Assembly (NCBI GenBank): GCA_023430725.1
Contig: JAEYZD010000198.1
Coordinates: 1 to 52,077 of the forward strand
Direction: 5' to 3'
Source: Bacteroidota bacterium
GTDB taxonomy: Bacteria; Bacteroidota; Bacteroidia; Bacteroidales; VadinHA17
Length of the DNA: 52,077 bases
The notes beneath the pieces are model-generated. The model was not told the DNA's origin, ran no database searches, and was given only the letters and a program-made list of their open reading frames with translations. The position numbers and the translations under genes are program-made. Positions 39,530-48,539 of the stretch are shown here, piece by piece (within the stretch, counting starts at the first letter, position 1; every line of letters begins with the position of its first letter).

Positions 39530-39537
39530 TAACTTTG
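39530..39537 (+). promoter_or_regulatory. Candidate -7 box (TAACTTTG) for ychF
   Basis: TTTGgTAACTTTG. Ends 20 nt upstream of ATG 39558. Confidence 0.45.
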
Positions 39538-39557
39538 CAGCAACATAAAAATGAGAC

Positions 39558-40646
39558 ATGCCATTGAAATGCGGAATTATCGGGATCACCAGTGTTGGAA
39601 AAACCACAATATTCAACTGTATATCCAACACCAGGGGTGAGACCAACACCTACGGAACGGGTGTCAAGGCCAACCTAGGGGTTATACAGGTGCCTGACAG
39701 ACGGCTTTATGAACTGGAAAAGTTCCAGCCCACCGAACGTATTGTACATACTACCGTTGATATCGTTGATATCCCCGGGCTGGTGAAAGGCCAGGGTGAC
39801 AGCTCCGGTGCCCGCCTGCTGGGCGAGATCCGGAACACTGACGCACTGATACATGTGCTTCGATGCTTTGACGATGACAACCTGCCTCATATTGACGGGT
39901 CGGTCAACCCTGTCAGGGACCTCGAGAATGTGGAATTTGAGCTGCAGGTGAAGGACCTCGAGTCGGTGGAAAAGAAGATCCAGCGTCTGGAGCGGGCTGC
40001 AAAGACCGGTGACAAGGATGCAAAGCACGGCATAGAAGTTCTGACTGAATACAAGAATCATCTTGAGAGTTTTCAGAATGCCTCCTCGCTTGAGCTCAAG
40101 CCGGAGGATAAGAAATATGTCGACGATATCTTCCTCCTGACAATGAAGCCCGTACTTTATGTCTGCAACGTTGACGAAGCTTCTGCCACAGGCGGCAATG
40201 CATATGTAAATGTCGTCAGGGAGTTCCTCTCAGCCAGGGGGTCAGAACCCCTTGTGATTGCCGGCGCCCTCGAGGCGGAGATAGCCAACCTCACCGAGGA
40301 GGCTGACAGGCTGGAGTTCCTGGAAGCAGCGGGGCTGACTGAGCCGGGGGTCAACAAGCTTGTAAGGGCAGCATACGAGATGCTTAACCTGCAGGCTTTC
40401 TTTACTGTAGGGCCGAAGGAGATACGCGCATGGACAATCACAGCGGGTATGACTGCACCCCAGGCTGCCGGAGTCATTCACTCGGACCTCGAGAGGGGAT
40501 TCATCAGGGCTGAGGTGATGAAGTACGCAGACTTCATCAGGCTTGGATCGGAGCATGCATGCCGTGAGGCCGGCAAGTTGTTTATTGAAGGGAAAAGCTA
40601 CGTTGTGGATGACGGTGACATACTGCACATCAGGTTCAACGTATAA
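39558..40646 (+). CDS. ychF: Ribosome-binding ATPase YchF
   Basis: 362 aa. P-loop GITSVGKTT, DIPGLVKG and a TGS-like C-terminus (GDILHIRFNV). Confidence 0.95.
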   Translation: MPLKCGIIGITSVGKTTIFNCISNTRGETNTYGTGVKANLGVIQVPDRRLYELEKFQPTERIVHTTVDIVDIPGLVKGQGDSSGARLLGEIRNTDALIHVLRCFDDDNLPHIDGSVNPVRDLENVEFELQVKDLESVEKKIQRLERAAKTGDKDAKHGIEVLTEYKNHLESFQNASSLELKPEDKKYVDDIFLLTMKPVLYVCNVDEASATGGNAYVNVVREFLSARGSEPLVIAGALEAEIANLTEEADRLEFLEAAGLTEPGVNKLVRAAYEMLNLQAFFTVGPKEIRAWTITAGMTAPQAAGVIHSDLERGFIRAEVMKYADFIRLGSEHACREAGKLFIEGKSYVVDDGDILHIRFNV

Positions 40647-40654
40647 CATATAAG

Positions 40655-42361
40655 GTGAGAATCCTCCTTGTCATACCTGCACTCCTGCTCCTCCTGTGGG
40701 GGCCGTACGGTTACGGGCAGCGCCCGGCAGGTGATGACATCAGGGAGGCGGTCAGGCTCCGCGGCCAGGCTGAGGTTGAGATAGGCTACCCTGGTTTTGA
40801 TGCAATGACCCGCCTCGGCTCGCGGTTCCCGGTCTCATCGTGTGACGGCGTAACCGCCAGGCTCTGTCTCTCGCAGCGCGATACGGAGGAGTTCATCGCC
40901 GCAGGCATCCCTTACAAACTCATTATACCTGAATCACACAAGGCATTTTACACGGCCTCATCCGTCGCCGAGGCGATGCTGTGGCAGTCGTACCCCACCT
41001 GGAAGCACTATGACACTATCATGCACAAGATCGCAGAGCGATGGCCGGAGGTGGTCCGTCTTGACACAATAGGCCTAAGTATCATGGGCAGGGCAGTGCT
41101 GGCACTGAAGATCTCGGACAACCCCGGACTCGATGAGCCGGAGCCGGCCGTCATGCTCAGCGCCTCCATCCACGGCGATGAGACTGCCGGGTTCATCATG
41201 CTGATGAGGCTTGCCGAATACCTTGCAGCCGGCAGCGGCGGCGGCGGGCTGGCGTCTGAGCTTGTCCCGGGACTGGAGATATGGATCAACCCGCTGGCCA
41301 ATCCTGACGGCATGTACCGCAACAGTGACACAATGACCTCGCCGGTCAGGGCCAACAGCCTGGGCTACGACCTGAACCGCAACTTCCCTGACCCGGCGGC
41401 CAGCCCGCCGCCGCTGCAGAAAGAGACTGCTGACATGATGAACTTCATGAAGAAAATCAGGCCCGCACTCTCAATCAACCTTCACGGAGGCGCCGAGGTG
41501 GTCAACTACCCGTGGGACAGGTGGACACGCCTCCACCCTGATGATGAATGGTTCAATTCAGTCAGCAGACGCTATGCCGATACCGTCCACCTGCATGCCC
41601 CAACCGGCTATATGACATTCCTCGACAACGGCGTCACCCGTGGCTGGCAGTGGTATCTGATCACAGGAGGACGACAGGATTATGTTACCTACAGCCTCGG
41701 CGGCCGGGAGGTGACTGTGGAGATGGATGATATAAAAATGACTCCGGGTTCAAACCTGGAGGCCATGTGGGAGTGGAACCACCGCTCCCTGCTCCGTTAT
41801 ATCGCAGAGGCTATGACAGGTGTTCAGGGCACCGTGACTGACGCAGAGAGCGGTGATCCGCTCAGCGCCAGGATCTTTATTGCCGGTCATGATTCTGACT
41901 CATCGCATGTCATGTCCGACACCCTCCACGGTGCATATTGCCGGCTTCTGCCACCCGGCATCTGGAGCCTCGAATTCACATGCCCCGGCTATGAACCATA
42001 CTTGCTCACAGCTGACCTGACAGCCTTCAACCCGCTGCTGATAAGGAATATCACCCTGCAGAAGAGCTCTGACCTGTACCCTGATCCCCCGGAGAACGGT
42101 CTGCTGATATGGCCGAATCCCTCCGGCGGCAATGTCAGCCTGCTGCCTCCCGAAGAAGTCGCAGGCGATGTTACAATCACCCTCTCTACCTCTTCCGGAG
42201 CTGTCGTCAACCGCTTCCGCACAACTGCCGCTCCAGGTATACCTGTTATTCATGACTTCGGGCCGCTCGCCCCCGGACTTTACATAATAACAGTCAGAAA
42301 GGAGCCCATCGGGCCCATGGTAAGAGGCAAAGCGATAATCACACGGTTGATAACCGAATAG
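40655..42361 (+). CDS. M14-family zinc carboxypeptidase with a T9SS C-terminal sorting domain
   Basis: GTG start and signal peptide. Zinc ligands in HGDETAG and NLHGG. C-terminal domain: LLIWPNPSGGNVSL ... GLYIITVR ... KAIIT. Confidence 0.85.
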   Translation: MRILLVIPALLLLLWGPYGYGQRPAGDDIREAVRLRGQAEVEIGYPGFDAMTRLGSRFPVSSCDGVTARLCLSQRDTEEFIAAGIPYKLIIPESHKAFYTASSVAEAMLWQSYPTWKHYDTIMHKIAERWPEVVRLDTIGLSIMGRAVLALKISDNPGLDEPEPAVMLSASIHGDETAGFIMLMRLAEYLAAGSGGGGLASELVPGLEIWINPLANPDGMYRNSDTMTSPVRANSLGYDLNRNFPDPAASPPPLQKETADMMNFMKKIRPALSINLHGGAEVVNYPWDRWTRLHPDDEWFNSVSRRYADTVHLHAPTGYMTFLDNGVTRGWQWYLITGGRQDYVTYSLGGREVTVEMDDIKMTPGSNLEAMWEWNHRSLLRYIAEAMTGVQGTVTDAESGDPLSARIFIAGHDSDSSHVMSDTLHGAYCRLLPPGIWSLEFTCPGYEPYLLTADLTAFNPLLIRNITLQKSSDLYPDPPENGLLIWPNPSGGNVSLLPPEEVAGDVTITLSTSSGAVVNRFRTTAAPGIPVIHDFGPLAPGLYIITVRKEPIGPMVRGKAIITRLITE

Positions 42362-42411
42362 CCTCTGGTGATATCTTTTCCCGGCCGGGTTGCGGATAAA
42401 CCCAAAACTGA

Positions 42412-42419
42412 TATTTTTG
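42412..42419 (+). promoter_or_regulatory. Candidate -7 box (TATTTTTG) for the AlkP-family gene
   Basis: cTGaTATTTTTG, with gTTG 19 nt upstream. The box ends 29 nt before ATG 42449 and lies inside the longer track ORF (42368). Confidence 0.45.
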
Positions 42420-42448
42420 GGACTTATTTATCTGAATTTTTTACTGAC

Positions 42449-44098
42449 ATGAAACGGCTATTTACAATACTATATCTTCTTGTTGTAACATTATCATTAT
42501 CAGCACAATCAGCTTACATTCCCCCTGACAGGCCGAAGCTTGTGATCGGGATCGTTGTCGAGCAGCTCCGCTATGATCAGCTTGAGCGCATATGGGACAT
42601 TCTGCCTGACAACGGACTCAAGCGGATGGTCAACGAGGGAACCTACTACCGCAATGCCTCCATTGATTACCTCTCCACGCAGGCAGCGCCGGGTCTTGCC
42701 ACAATATCAACAGGCGCCTCCCCTTCGGCACATGGTATCACCTCAGACTCATGGTTCCATCCTTTCAACAACGAGATGGTCTACTGTGTGCAGGATCCCA
42801 ACGCAAGCCCGGTTGGCGGCAGCTTTGAAACAGGGCTCTTTTCTCCGGTCAACCTGTTGTCGTCTAGTTTCTCAGATGAGCTTCAGATGGCCAGTTGCGG
42901 AGGATCGAAGGTTTATGGCATAGGTGTCCGCGAGATGGCGGCCATTATCACGGCAGGCCATTCTGCTGACGGTGCCTTCTGGTATGACGACCGCACCGGT
43001 ACCTGGATGTCAAGCACGTACTACACGAAGATGCTTCCTCCGTGGCTGATGGATATGAATGCAATGCTGCTTCCCGGTCAGTTTCTCAACCAGCCCTGGC
43101 AACCGCTGATGGACCCGGCGACATACCCCGGCTGTCAGCCTGACTCAAGCTCACTTGAGAGAGGTTTTGACGGTCAGACATGGTTTCCGTATGACCTCAA
43201 GGCTATGTCAACCAAAGGCAAGCTGATCAATGTAACAAGGGACTATTCACTCCTTCGCGAGACCCCTTTTGCAGATGACTTCACAACGGAACTTGCCCTG
43301 AGGCTCATAGACAACGAACAGCTGGGGCAAGATGATATCACTGATTTTCTTGCGATTACATATTCATCTACCGACTATATCGGTCATCGCTTCGGACCTT
43401 CCTCAGTGGAGGCTTCCGATGCCCTTGTAAGGCTTGACAGAAACATCTCGAAACTGCTTGAGAGAATTGACAAGTCTCTTGGGAAAAAGAATGTCCTGGT
43501 CTATCTTGTATCAGCTCACGGCGTCTCTGAGATTCCTGCCGTGCTGGAACAGAGCAGGGTCCCGTCAGGTTACTTCAAGCTTAACCAGTCGCTGCAGCTG
43601 TTGCGCAGCTATCTCAATGCAATCTACGGACAGGGCGACTGGGTGAGAGGTTTCTTTGACAGTCAGATTTTTCTTAACCGTGCCCTGATCGAGGATGCCA
43701 AGATTGATCTTGAGGAGATGCAGAAGAGGGTGGCCAGGTTCATGGTGCAGTTCTCGGGCATCGGGGCTGCCGTTCCCACTTCGGCCTTCGAGATGAGTGA
43801 TTTCGCCGGAGGTCTTCTCCGTAAGATGAGCAACAACTACAGCCAGCAGCGCTCAGGCGACGTAATGATAGCCATGAATCCCGGATGGGTTGAGAAAACG
43901 GACAATGTAACAGGCCATAATTCACCATGGGAATATGACAGCCATGTTCCCCTGATCTGGTTTGGGTGGACTGCCAGCAAGTCATCAGTAACCCGGAGCG
44001 TCAGCACAAGGGATATTGCAACCACACTGTCGGTGCTGTGCCGTGTGCCGCTGCCCAATGCATCAAGCGGCGATCCGCTGCACGAACTGTTCAGGTAA
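42449..44098 (+). CDS. Alkaline phosphatase / nucleotide pyrophosphatase superfamily protein (PafA-like), secreted
   Basis: Signal peptide MKRLFTILYLLVVTLSLSAQ. STDYIGHRFGP and GHNSPWEYDSHVPLIWFG match the family. VVEQLRYD and VSAHG deviate from the D and DHG that I recall as consensus. Confidence 0.8.
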   Translation: MKRLFTILYLLVVTLSLSAQSAYIPPDRPKLVIGIVVEQLRYDQLERIWDILPDNGLKRMVNEGTYYRNASIDYLSTQAAPGLATISTGASPSAHGITSDSWFHPFNNEMVYCVQDPNASPVGGSFETGLFSPVNLLSSSFSDELQMASCGGSKVYGIGVREMAAIITAGHSADGAFWYDDRTGTWMSSTYYTKMLPPWLMDMNAMLLPGQFLNQPWQPLMDPATYPGCQPDSSSLERGFDGQTWFPYDLKAMSTKGKLINVTRDYSLLRETPFADDFTTELALRLIDNEQLGQDDITDFLAITYSSTDYIGHRFGPSSVEASDALVRLDRNISKLLERIDKSLGKKNVLVYLVSAHGVSEIPAVLEQSRVPSGYFKLNQSLQLLRSYLNAIYGQGDWVRGFFDSQIFLNRALIEDAKIDLEEMQKRVARFMVQFSGIGAAVPTSAFEMSDFAGGLLRKMSNNYSQQRSGDVMIAMNPGWVEKTDNVTGHNSPWEYDSHVPLIWFGWTASKSSVTRSVSTRDIATTLSVLCRVPLPNASSGDPLHELFR

Positions 44099-44173
44099 AC
44101 CGGCACCCGGCCGATGCAATGCCGGCCGCAGGGCACATGGCGCCTCCCCGGTGAAAGTTCAGAAATACGTGTG

Positions 44174-44914
44174 CTAAATAACTGTTGTGCGGTCATTGAA
44201 CCGGTCGCGCACCTTGCATGCCTCTTTAATCAGTGACGGATCCTGTTCGCAGCCGTTCCCTATTACAACCATGTCGGCTCCTGCCTCAAACGCCTGCTCA
44301 ATCTTGTCTGCCGTGTCAAGGCCTCCACCCGTAATCAGAGGTACTGTTATCTCCGCGCTTACCGCCCTGATCATTGACGGACTGACCGGTCTTGCGGCGC
44401 CGCTGCCACCCTCAAGGTAGATTGCTTTCATACCCAGCATCTCACCAGCGAGGGCCGTTGCCACGGCAATGTCGTTCTTGCCTCCGGGGATTGGGGAGGT
44501 ATGGCTCATATATTCAACGGAGGTATCACCTCCGCAATCAATCAGCATATATCCCACCGGTAGCACGCTTTCTCTCCTGCCGCTGAGGAGAGGAGCTGCA
44601 ATTACGTGATTGCCAATAAGAAGCTCGGGGTTTCTCCCGCTGATCATTGAAAGGAGGAAGACAGCATCAGCCACGTCAGTAAGCTGTGTGAGGTTTCCAG
44701 GGAAGAGCACCACGGGGATGGAAGAGAGCTGCTTCAGCCTCCTGATTACACCCTCAACCGGTACACTCGTAAGGCTTCCTCCTGCAAGAAACAGGTCAAC
44801 ACCGGCTTCTGCGGCATAACGCACCGCCACTGAGAGAGCCTCCTCACCGGCGCGGTCAGGGTCTATCAGCTGGGCAACAAGCTTCCTCTTTCTCCAGGGG
44901 ATATCAACTCTCAT
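44174..44914 (-). CDS. Geranylgeranylglyceryl / heptaprenylglyceryl phosphate synthase family protein (PcrB/GGGPS)
   Basis: LIDPDR, LAGGS, YLEGGSGA, TGGGL and VVIGN are (beta-alpha)8 phosphate-binding motifs typical of GGGPS. The start was set at ATG 44914 (MRVDIP). It overlaps the PPTase gene by 11 nt. Confidence 0.85.
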   Translation of the reverse strand: MRVDIPWRKRKLVAQLIDPDRAGEEALSVAVRYAAEAGVDLFLAGGSLTSVPVEGVIRRLKQLSSIPVVLFPGNLTQLTDVADAVFLLSMISGRNPELLIGNHVIAAPLLSGRRESVLPVGYMLIDCGGDTSVEYMSHTSPIPGGKNDIAVATALAGEMLGMKAIYLEGGSGAARPVSPSMIRAVSAEITVPLITGGGLDTADKIEQAFEAGADMVVIGNGCEQDPSLIKEACKVRDRFNDRTTVI

Positions 44915-45548
44915 GCTTCTTCTTTGTCCAGACAATTGTGTAGTTGTCATAACGCGAGTAGAAGAGAGTGAACCGGTCATCGATCCTCTCGTTGCTTACT
45001 GATCCCTTTATCTCTCCCGACTCCTTCACATCGAAGGGCTCAATCGTAATATCGTTTACAATGTTTATTCCCTCCTTGTCGCAGATCTTATATATAGCCT
45101 CCTTTGCACACCAGTGGATGTAGAGATGATAGGTGCGGTCAGCCCACCGTTTGGTGATCTTCTCCCTTTTGTTCAGGAATTTGGAGGCAAAGGCATTAAT
45201 ATTCACCCTCATGTACTCAAGGTCGATTCCAACCCGCTCGTCGCGGCTGATCAGTATGGCTGTCAGCTTGTTGGAGTGGGTGATGCTGATAAAGTGCGAG
45301 CCGTCCTTAATGAAGGGCTTGTTATTCTTATTGTAGACTATCCGTGCCTCACGGTCCAGCATCTCGGCAAGCAGCGCCCTGACACTCAGGAACTCCATCT
45401 TCCGTGAGTTGCTGCGGAAGACCTCGTATCTTTTCAGATCCTCAGGGCCCATCTCCACCATGGTAAGCAGGGTGTCGAGGTCCTCTTCGATCTTCCAGAC
45501 GCCGATAACAGTCTCCTTGTTCAGATAGTGCTTGGTGATGCAGCCCAT
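44904..45548 (-). CDS. 4'-phosphopantetheinyl transferase superfamily protein (Sfp-type)
   Basis: 214 aa. FLSVRALLAEML, ISITHS, VGIDLE and WCAKEAIYK. Confidence 0.85.
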   Translation of the reverse strand: MGCITKHYLNKETVIGVWKIEEDLDTLLTMVEMGPEDLKRYEVFRSNSRKMEFLSVRALLAEMLDREARIVYNKNNKPFIKDGSHFISITHSNKLTAILISRDERVGIDLEYMRVNINAFASKFLNKREKITKRWADRTYHLYIHWCAKEAIYKICDKEGINIVNDITIEPFDVKESGEIKGSVSNERIDDRFTLFYSRYDNYTIVWTKKKHES

Positions 45549-45551
45549 GGT

Positions 45552-46124
45552 TTAATTCCAGTTCAGCGTCTCGATGAGGTGAATGATGTCTTCCCTGATG
45601 AATTTTATCACCGGCATGAGCGAATCCTCATTGGGCTGGGCCATGAAGTAGAGTGAGCCTCTCAGGTAATGGCTGGTGCTGTCGGTGACGAAGAACTGAA
45701 CCGCCGATGCGGTGTTTCCCTTCAGGTCATATAGAATGCCGTACACCTTCAGTGAATCATCTGCCCACAGTTTCTCCTCGATGGCTTCGGCCCTGATTGT
45801 ATGCTTGTATGCCATCTCCCGTGTGAGTTCAGTCAGGGTGGCCAGGTTATCACGAATGTCGAAATATGTAAGGTGGAGGCTTGCCTTCATTGACGGAAAT
45901 TCGATATCCATCCAGCAGGTGTCCGAAGCAGCAGCCGGCCGAAGGTTGATCCTTGCGTATTCGGGGTACTCTATTGTGTAGGAGCAAGGGGTTTCGTACT
46001 GAACATACTTCTTCTCAGGAAGGTCTATCCTGAAATAGCCAGCCGGCCTGGGTACGGGCGTTTGCCCGCAGCCTGCAAGCAGCAATGCACATGCCGCCGC
46101 CATGGCAGCAAATATGATTCTCAT
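45552..46124 (-). CDS. gldD: Gliding motility lipoprotein GldD
   Basis: 190 aa. Lipobox LLAGC, then PRPAGYFRIDLPEKKY. ATGA overlap with gldE. Confidence 0.85.
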   Translation of the reverse strand: MRIIFAAMAAACALLLAGCGQTPVPRPAGYFRIDLPEKKYVQYETPCSYTIEYPEYARINLRPAAASDTCWMDIEFPSMKASLHLTYFDIRDNLATLTELTREMAYKHTIRAEAIEEKLWADDSLKVYGILYDLKGNTASAVQFFVTDSTSHYLRGSLYFMAQPNEDSLMPVIKFIREDIIHLIETLNWN

Positions 46125-47449
46125 GCGTTCTCCCCTTGTTTTTCAGCGGTGATCTCTCTGATCCGCCTGTTTTCTATCGACTCAATAGTAAACTTAAATC
46201 CGCCTGCCGAAATTGTCCTCCCCTTTACGGGAATCTCTTCCAGCAACTCCAGCAGCAGTCCTGCCAGCGTTTCGGATTCGCCCCGCACCTCCTCGAAGGG
46301 GTCATCTTCAATCCCGGTAATCCTGTAAAAGTCATTCAGCAGTATCTTTCCTTCAAAAATCCATCTTCCCGGTCCTGTCTCCCTGAAGAGAGGCACCTCC
46401 TCATCGGTCTCATCGGTAATCTCGCCCACTATCTCCTCCAGGACATCCTCGAGGGTCACCAGTCCGCTTGTGCCGCCGTATTCATCGACCACAATGGCCA
46501 TATGTATCTTCTTGGTCTGGAACTCCTTGAGGAGCTCGCTGATCTTCTTTGTTTCGGGCACCACATATGCAGGCCTGATGAGTGTCTGCCACCTGAAGTT
46601 GTCAGGTTTGCCAAGATGCGGCAGCAGGTCCTTGACAAAGAGGATCCCCTTTACATTGTCAAAAGTGCCGGAATATACCGGTATTCGCGAGAAGCCTGAC
46701 TCAACCACCTCCTGTATGATTGTATGGAAACCCTTGCTGATGTCAAGAGCCGTCACGTCCATGCGCGGGCACATTATTGCACTTGTGTTTGTGTTGCCGA
46801 AGCGAACGACACCCTTGAGTATATCCTTCTCGTCCTTGATCCCTGAAGAGGTGAGGTCCAGTGCTGCCGACAGGTCGTCGATGCTGAGCGAAGCATCCCT
46901 GGATCTGGGCCTTCGTTTTACGAAGAAGGAGGAGTAGGAGAGGAGCGAGGCAAGGGGTTTGAGCAGGCCGGATGTGAATGTCAGTGCCGGGGCCATCATG
47001 AGGGCAAACTTCAGCTGGCTTCGCGCTGCGAGAACCTTTGGAATGATCTCGCAGAACAGCAGAAGGATGAATGTGATCACAACCACCTCGATGATGAATG
47101 AGAGGATGGGGTTGTTGCTCAGGTCGAAGAGCCTGGAACTGATAAAGGCGGCGAGGATGATGATTGCAATATTGACAATGTTGTTTGCCACCAGGATTGT
47201 GCTCAGCAGCCGGTCAGGCTTTGCGAGCAGTCTAAGCGCGGTTGCAGGTCTCTTGCCCTTGCGGTGCTGAAGCTCCTCCATGTCGTTGGGAGTGAGCGAA
47301 AAATAGGCTACTTCAGACCCGGAGATGAAGGCTGATGCTATGATGAGCAGCGCCAGGAAGACAATTTCTGTCACCAGTGCAAAAGGTGATCCTGTCATTG
47401 CGACCTGTGCAACTGAGCCTGTGAACAGACCTGCGAGCAACGTATCCAA
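46121..47449 (-). CDS. gldE: Gliding motility-associated protein GldE (CNNM/DUF21, CBS pair, CorC_HlyC)
   Basis: 442 aa. N-terminal 4-TM DUF21, CBS pair and C-terminal transporter-associated domain. Lies upstream of gldD, as in Flavobacterium. Confidence 0.85.
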   Translation of the reverse strand: MDTLLAGLFTGSVAQVAMTGSPFALVTEIVFLALLIIASAFISGSEVAYFSLTPNDMEELQHRKGKRPATALRLLAKPDRLLSTILVANNIVNIAIIILAAFISSRLFDLSNNPILSFIIEVVVITFILLLFCEIIPKVLAARSQLKFALMMAPALTFTSGLLKPLASLLSYSSFFVKRRPRSRDASLSIDDLSAALDLTSSGIKDEKDILKGVVRFGNTNTSAIMCPRMDVTALDISKGFHTIIQEVVESGFSRIPVYSGTFDNVKGILFVKDLLPHLGKPDNFRWQTLIRPAYVVPETKKISELLKEFQTKKIHMAIVVDEYGGTSGLVTLEDVLEEIVGEITDETDEEVPLFRETGPGRWIFEGKILLNDFYRITGIEDDPFEEVRGESETLAGLLLELLEEIPVKGRTISAGGFKFTIESIENRRIREITAEKQGENA

Positions 47450-47468
47450 AACCGGGTAATTTGGTTAG

Positions 47469-47972
47469 CTAAAAGGGCAGGTCATCAGCTGCATCGTGCG
47501 AGGTAAGGTCCTCACCCGGGCCCTCGCCCGGAAGGGGAGAGGAATTCTGTGACGGTGCGGAATAACCCTGACCGCTGTTCTGGTAGCCCTGGCCTCCGCC
47601 CTGCGCACCCTGCTGGTGCCCGGTTCCCTGCTGATTCTGTCCGTCAGGCTTGCGGCCAAGCAGCTGTATCATATCTGCCTCAATTTCAACGATGTACTTC
47701 TTATTGCCATCGCGGTCATCATAGGATCTGTACCGCAGCTTGCCCTCGACGAGTATCTGGGAGCCCTTGCGGATGTAGTTTTCTGAAAGCTCGGCAAGCC
47801 GTCTCCAGGCAACAATATTGTGCCACTCTGTCTGGGTGACTTTTTCGCCTCCCCTGGGTGTATAGGTTTCGCTTGTTGCCAGGGAAAATGAGGCCTTGAT
47901 ATTGCTCTCGAAACGCCGGATCTCCGGATCCTTGCCGACGTTGCCCACAAGAATTACTTTATTGAATGACAT
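47469..47972 (-). CDS. ssb: Single-stranded DNA-binding protein
   Basis: 167 aa. MSFNKVILVGNVGKDPE, an OB fold, a Gly/Gln-rich linker and an acidic tip DDLPF. Confidence 0.96.
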   Translation of the reverse strand: MSFNKVILVGNVGKDPEIRRFESNIKASFSLATSETYTPRGGEKVTQTEWHNIVAWRRLAELSENYIRKGSQILVEGKLRYRSYDDRDGNKKYIVEIEADMIQLLGRKPDGQNQQGTGHQQGAQGGGQGYQNSGQGYSAPSQNSSPLPGEGPGEDLTSHDAADDLPF

Positions 47973-48184
47973 AGCTTTATGATAATTTTCACCTTATTGA
48001 AGGATGTAAAGTTACGAAAAAATTTTGTGTAAGACTCCGGGCACTGTTTCTCAGTGGCTCTTGGGTTGCCCCGGGAGGGTGTCAGGAGGGGCTGTTGGCC
48101 CTTATATATTTTATAGGTATCAAAAAATCAGGATATTCGCTCTGAAAAAAAAACCTTATCACCTGATATTGATAAATAATATTT

Positions 48185-48192
48185 TATATTTG
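48185..48192 (+). promoter_or_regulatory. Candidate -7 box (TATATTTG) for the HU-bS22 unit
   Basis: Lies 55 nt upstream of ATG 48248 in an AT-rich divergent intergenic region. Confidence 0.45.
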
Positions 48193-48247
48193 CACATTGA
48201 AAAAACAGAACATCAAAATAATTTGTTGAATTAAAAATTCTTGCAAC

Positions 48248-48535
48248 ATGACAAAAGCAGACATTGTTAACGAAATTGCCAAGAACACCGGAATTGAGAA
48301 AGTGACCGTTCAGAAGACCGTTGAGGCATTCATGGAATCAGTAAAGGACTCGATGGTTGCCGGCAATAATGTTTATCTCAGGGGATTTGGCAGCTTCATC
48401 GTGAAGAAGCGTGCGAAGAAGACAGCCAGGAACATTTCAAAGAACACTACGATTATCATTCCTGCACACAATATTCCGGCATTCAAACCTGCCAAGACTT
48501 TCATAACCAAGGTTAAATCACACGTTAAGAAGTAA
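48248..48535 (+). CDS. HU-family DNA-binding protein
   Basis: 95 aa. MTKADIVNEIAKNTG, LRGFGSF and PAFKPAK. Confidence 0.93.
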   Translation: MTKADIVNEIAKNTGIEKVTVQKTVEAFMESVKDSMVAGNNVYLRGFGSFIVKKRAKKTARNISKNTTIIIPAHNIPAFKPAKTFITKVKSHVKK

Positions 48536-48539
48536 CAGC

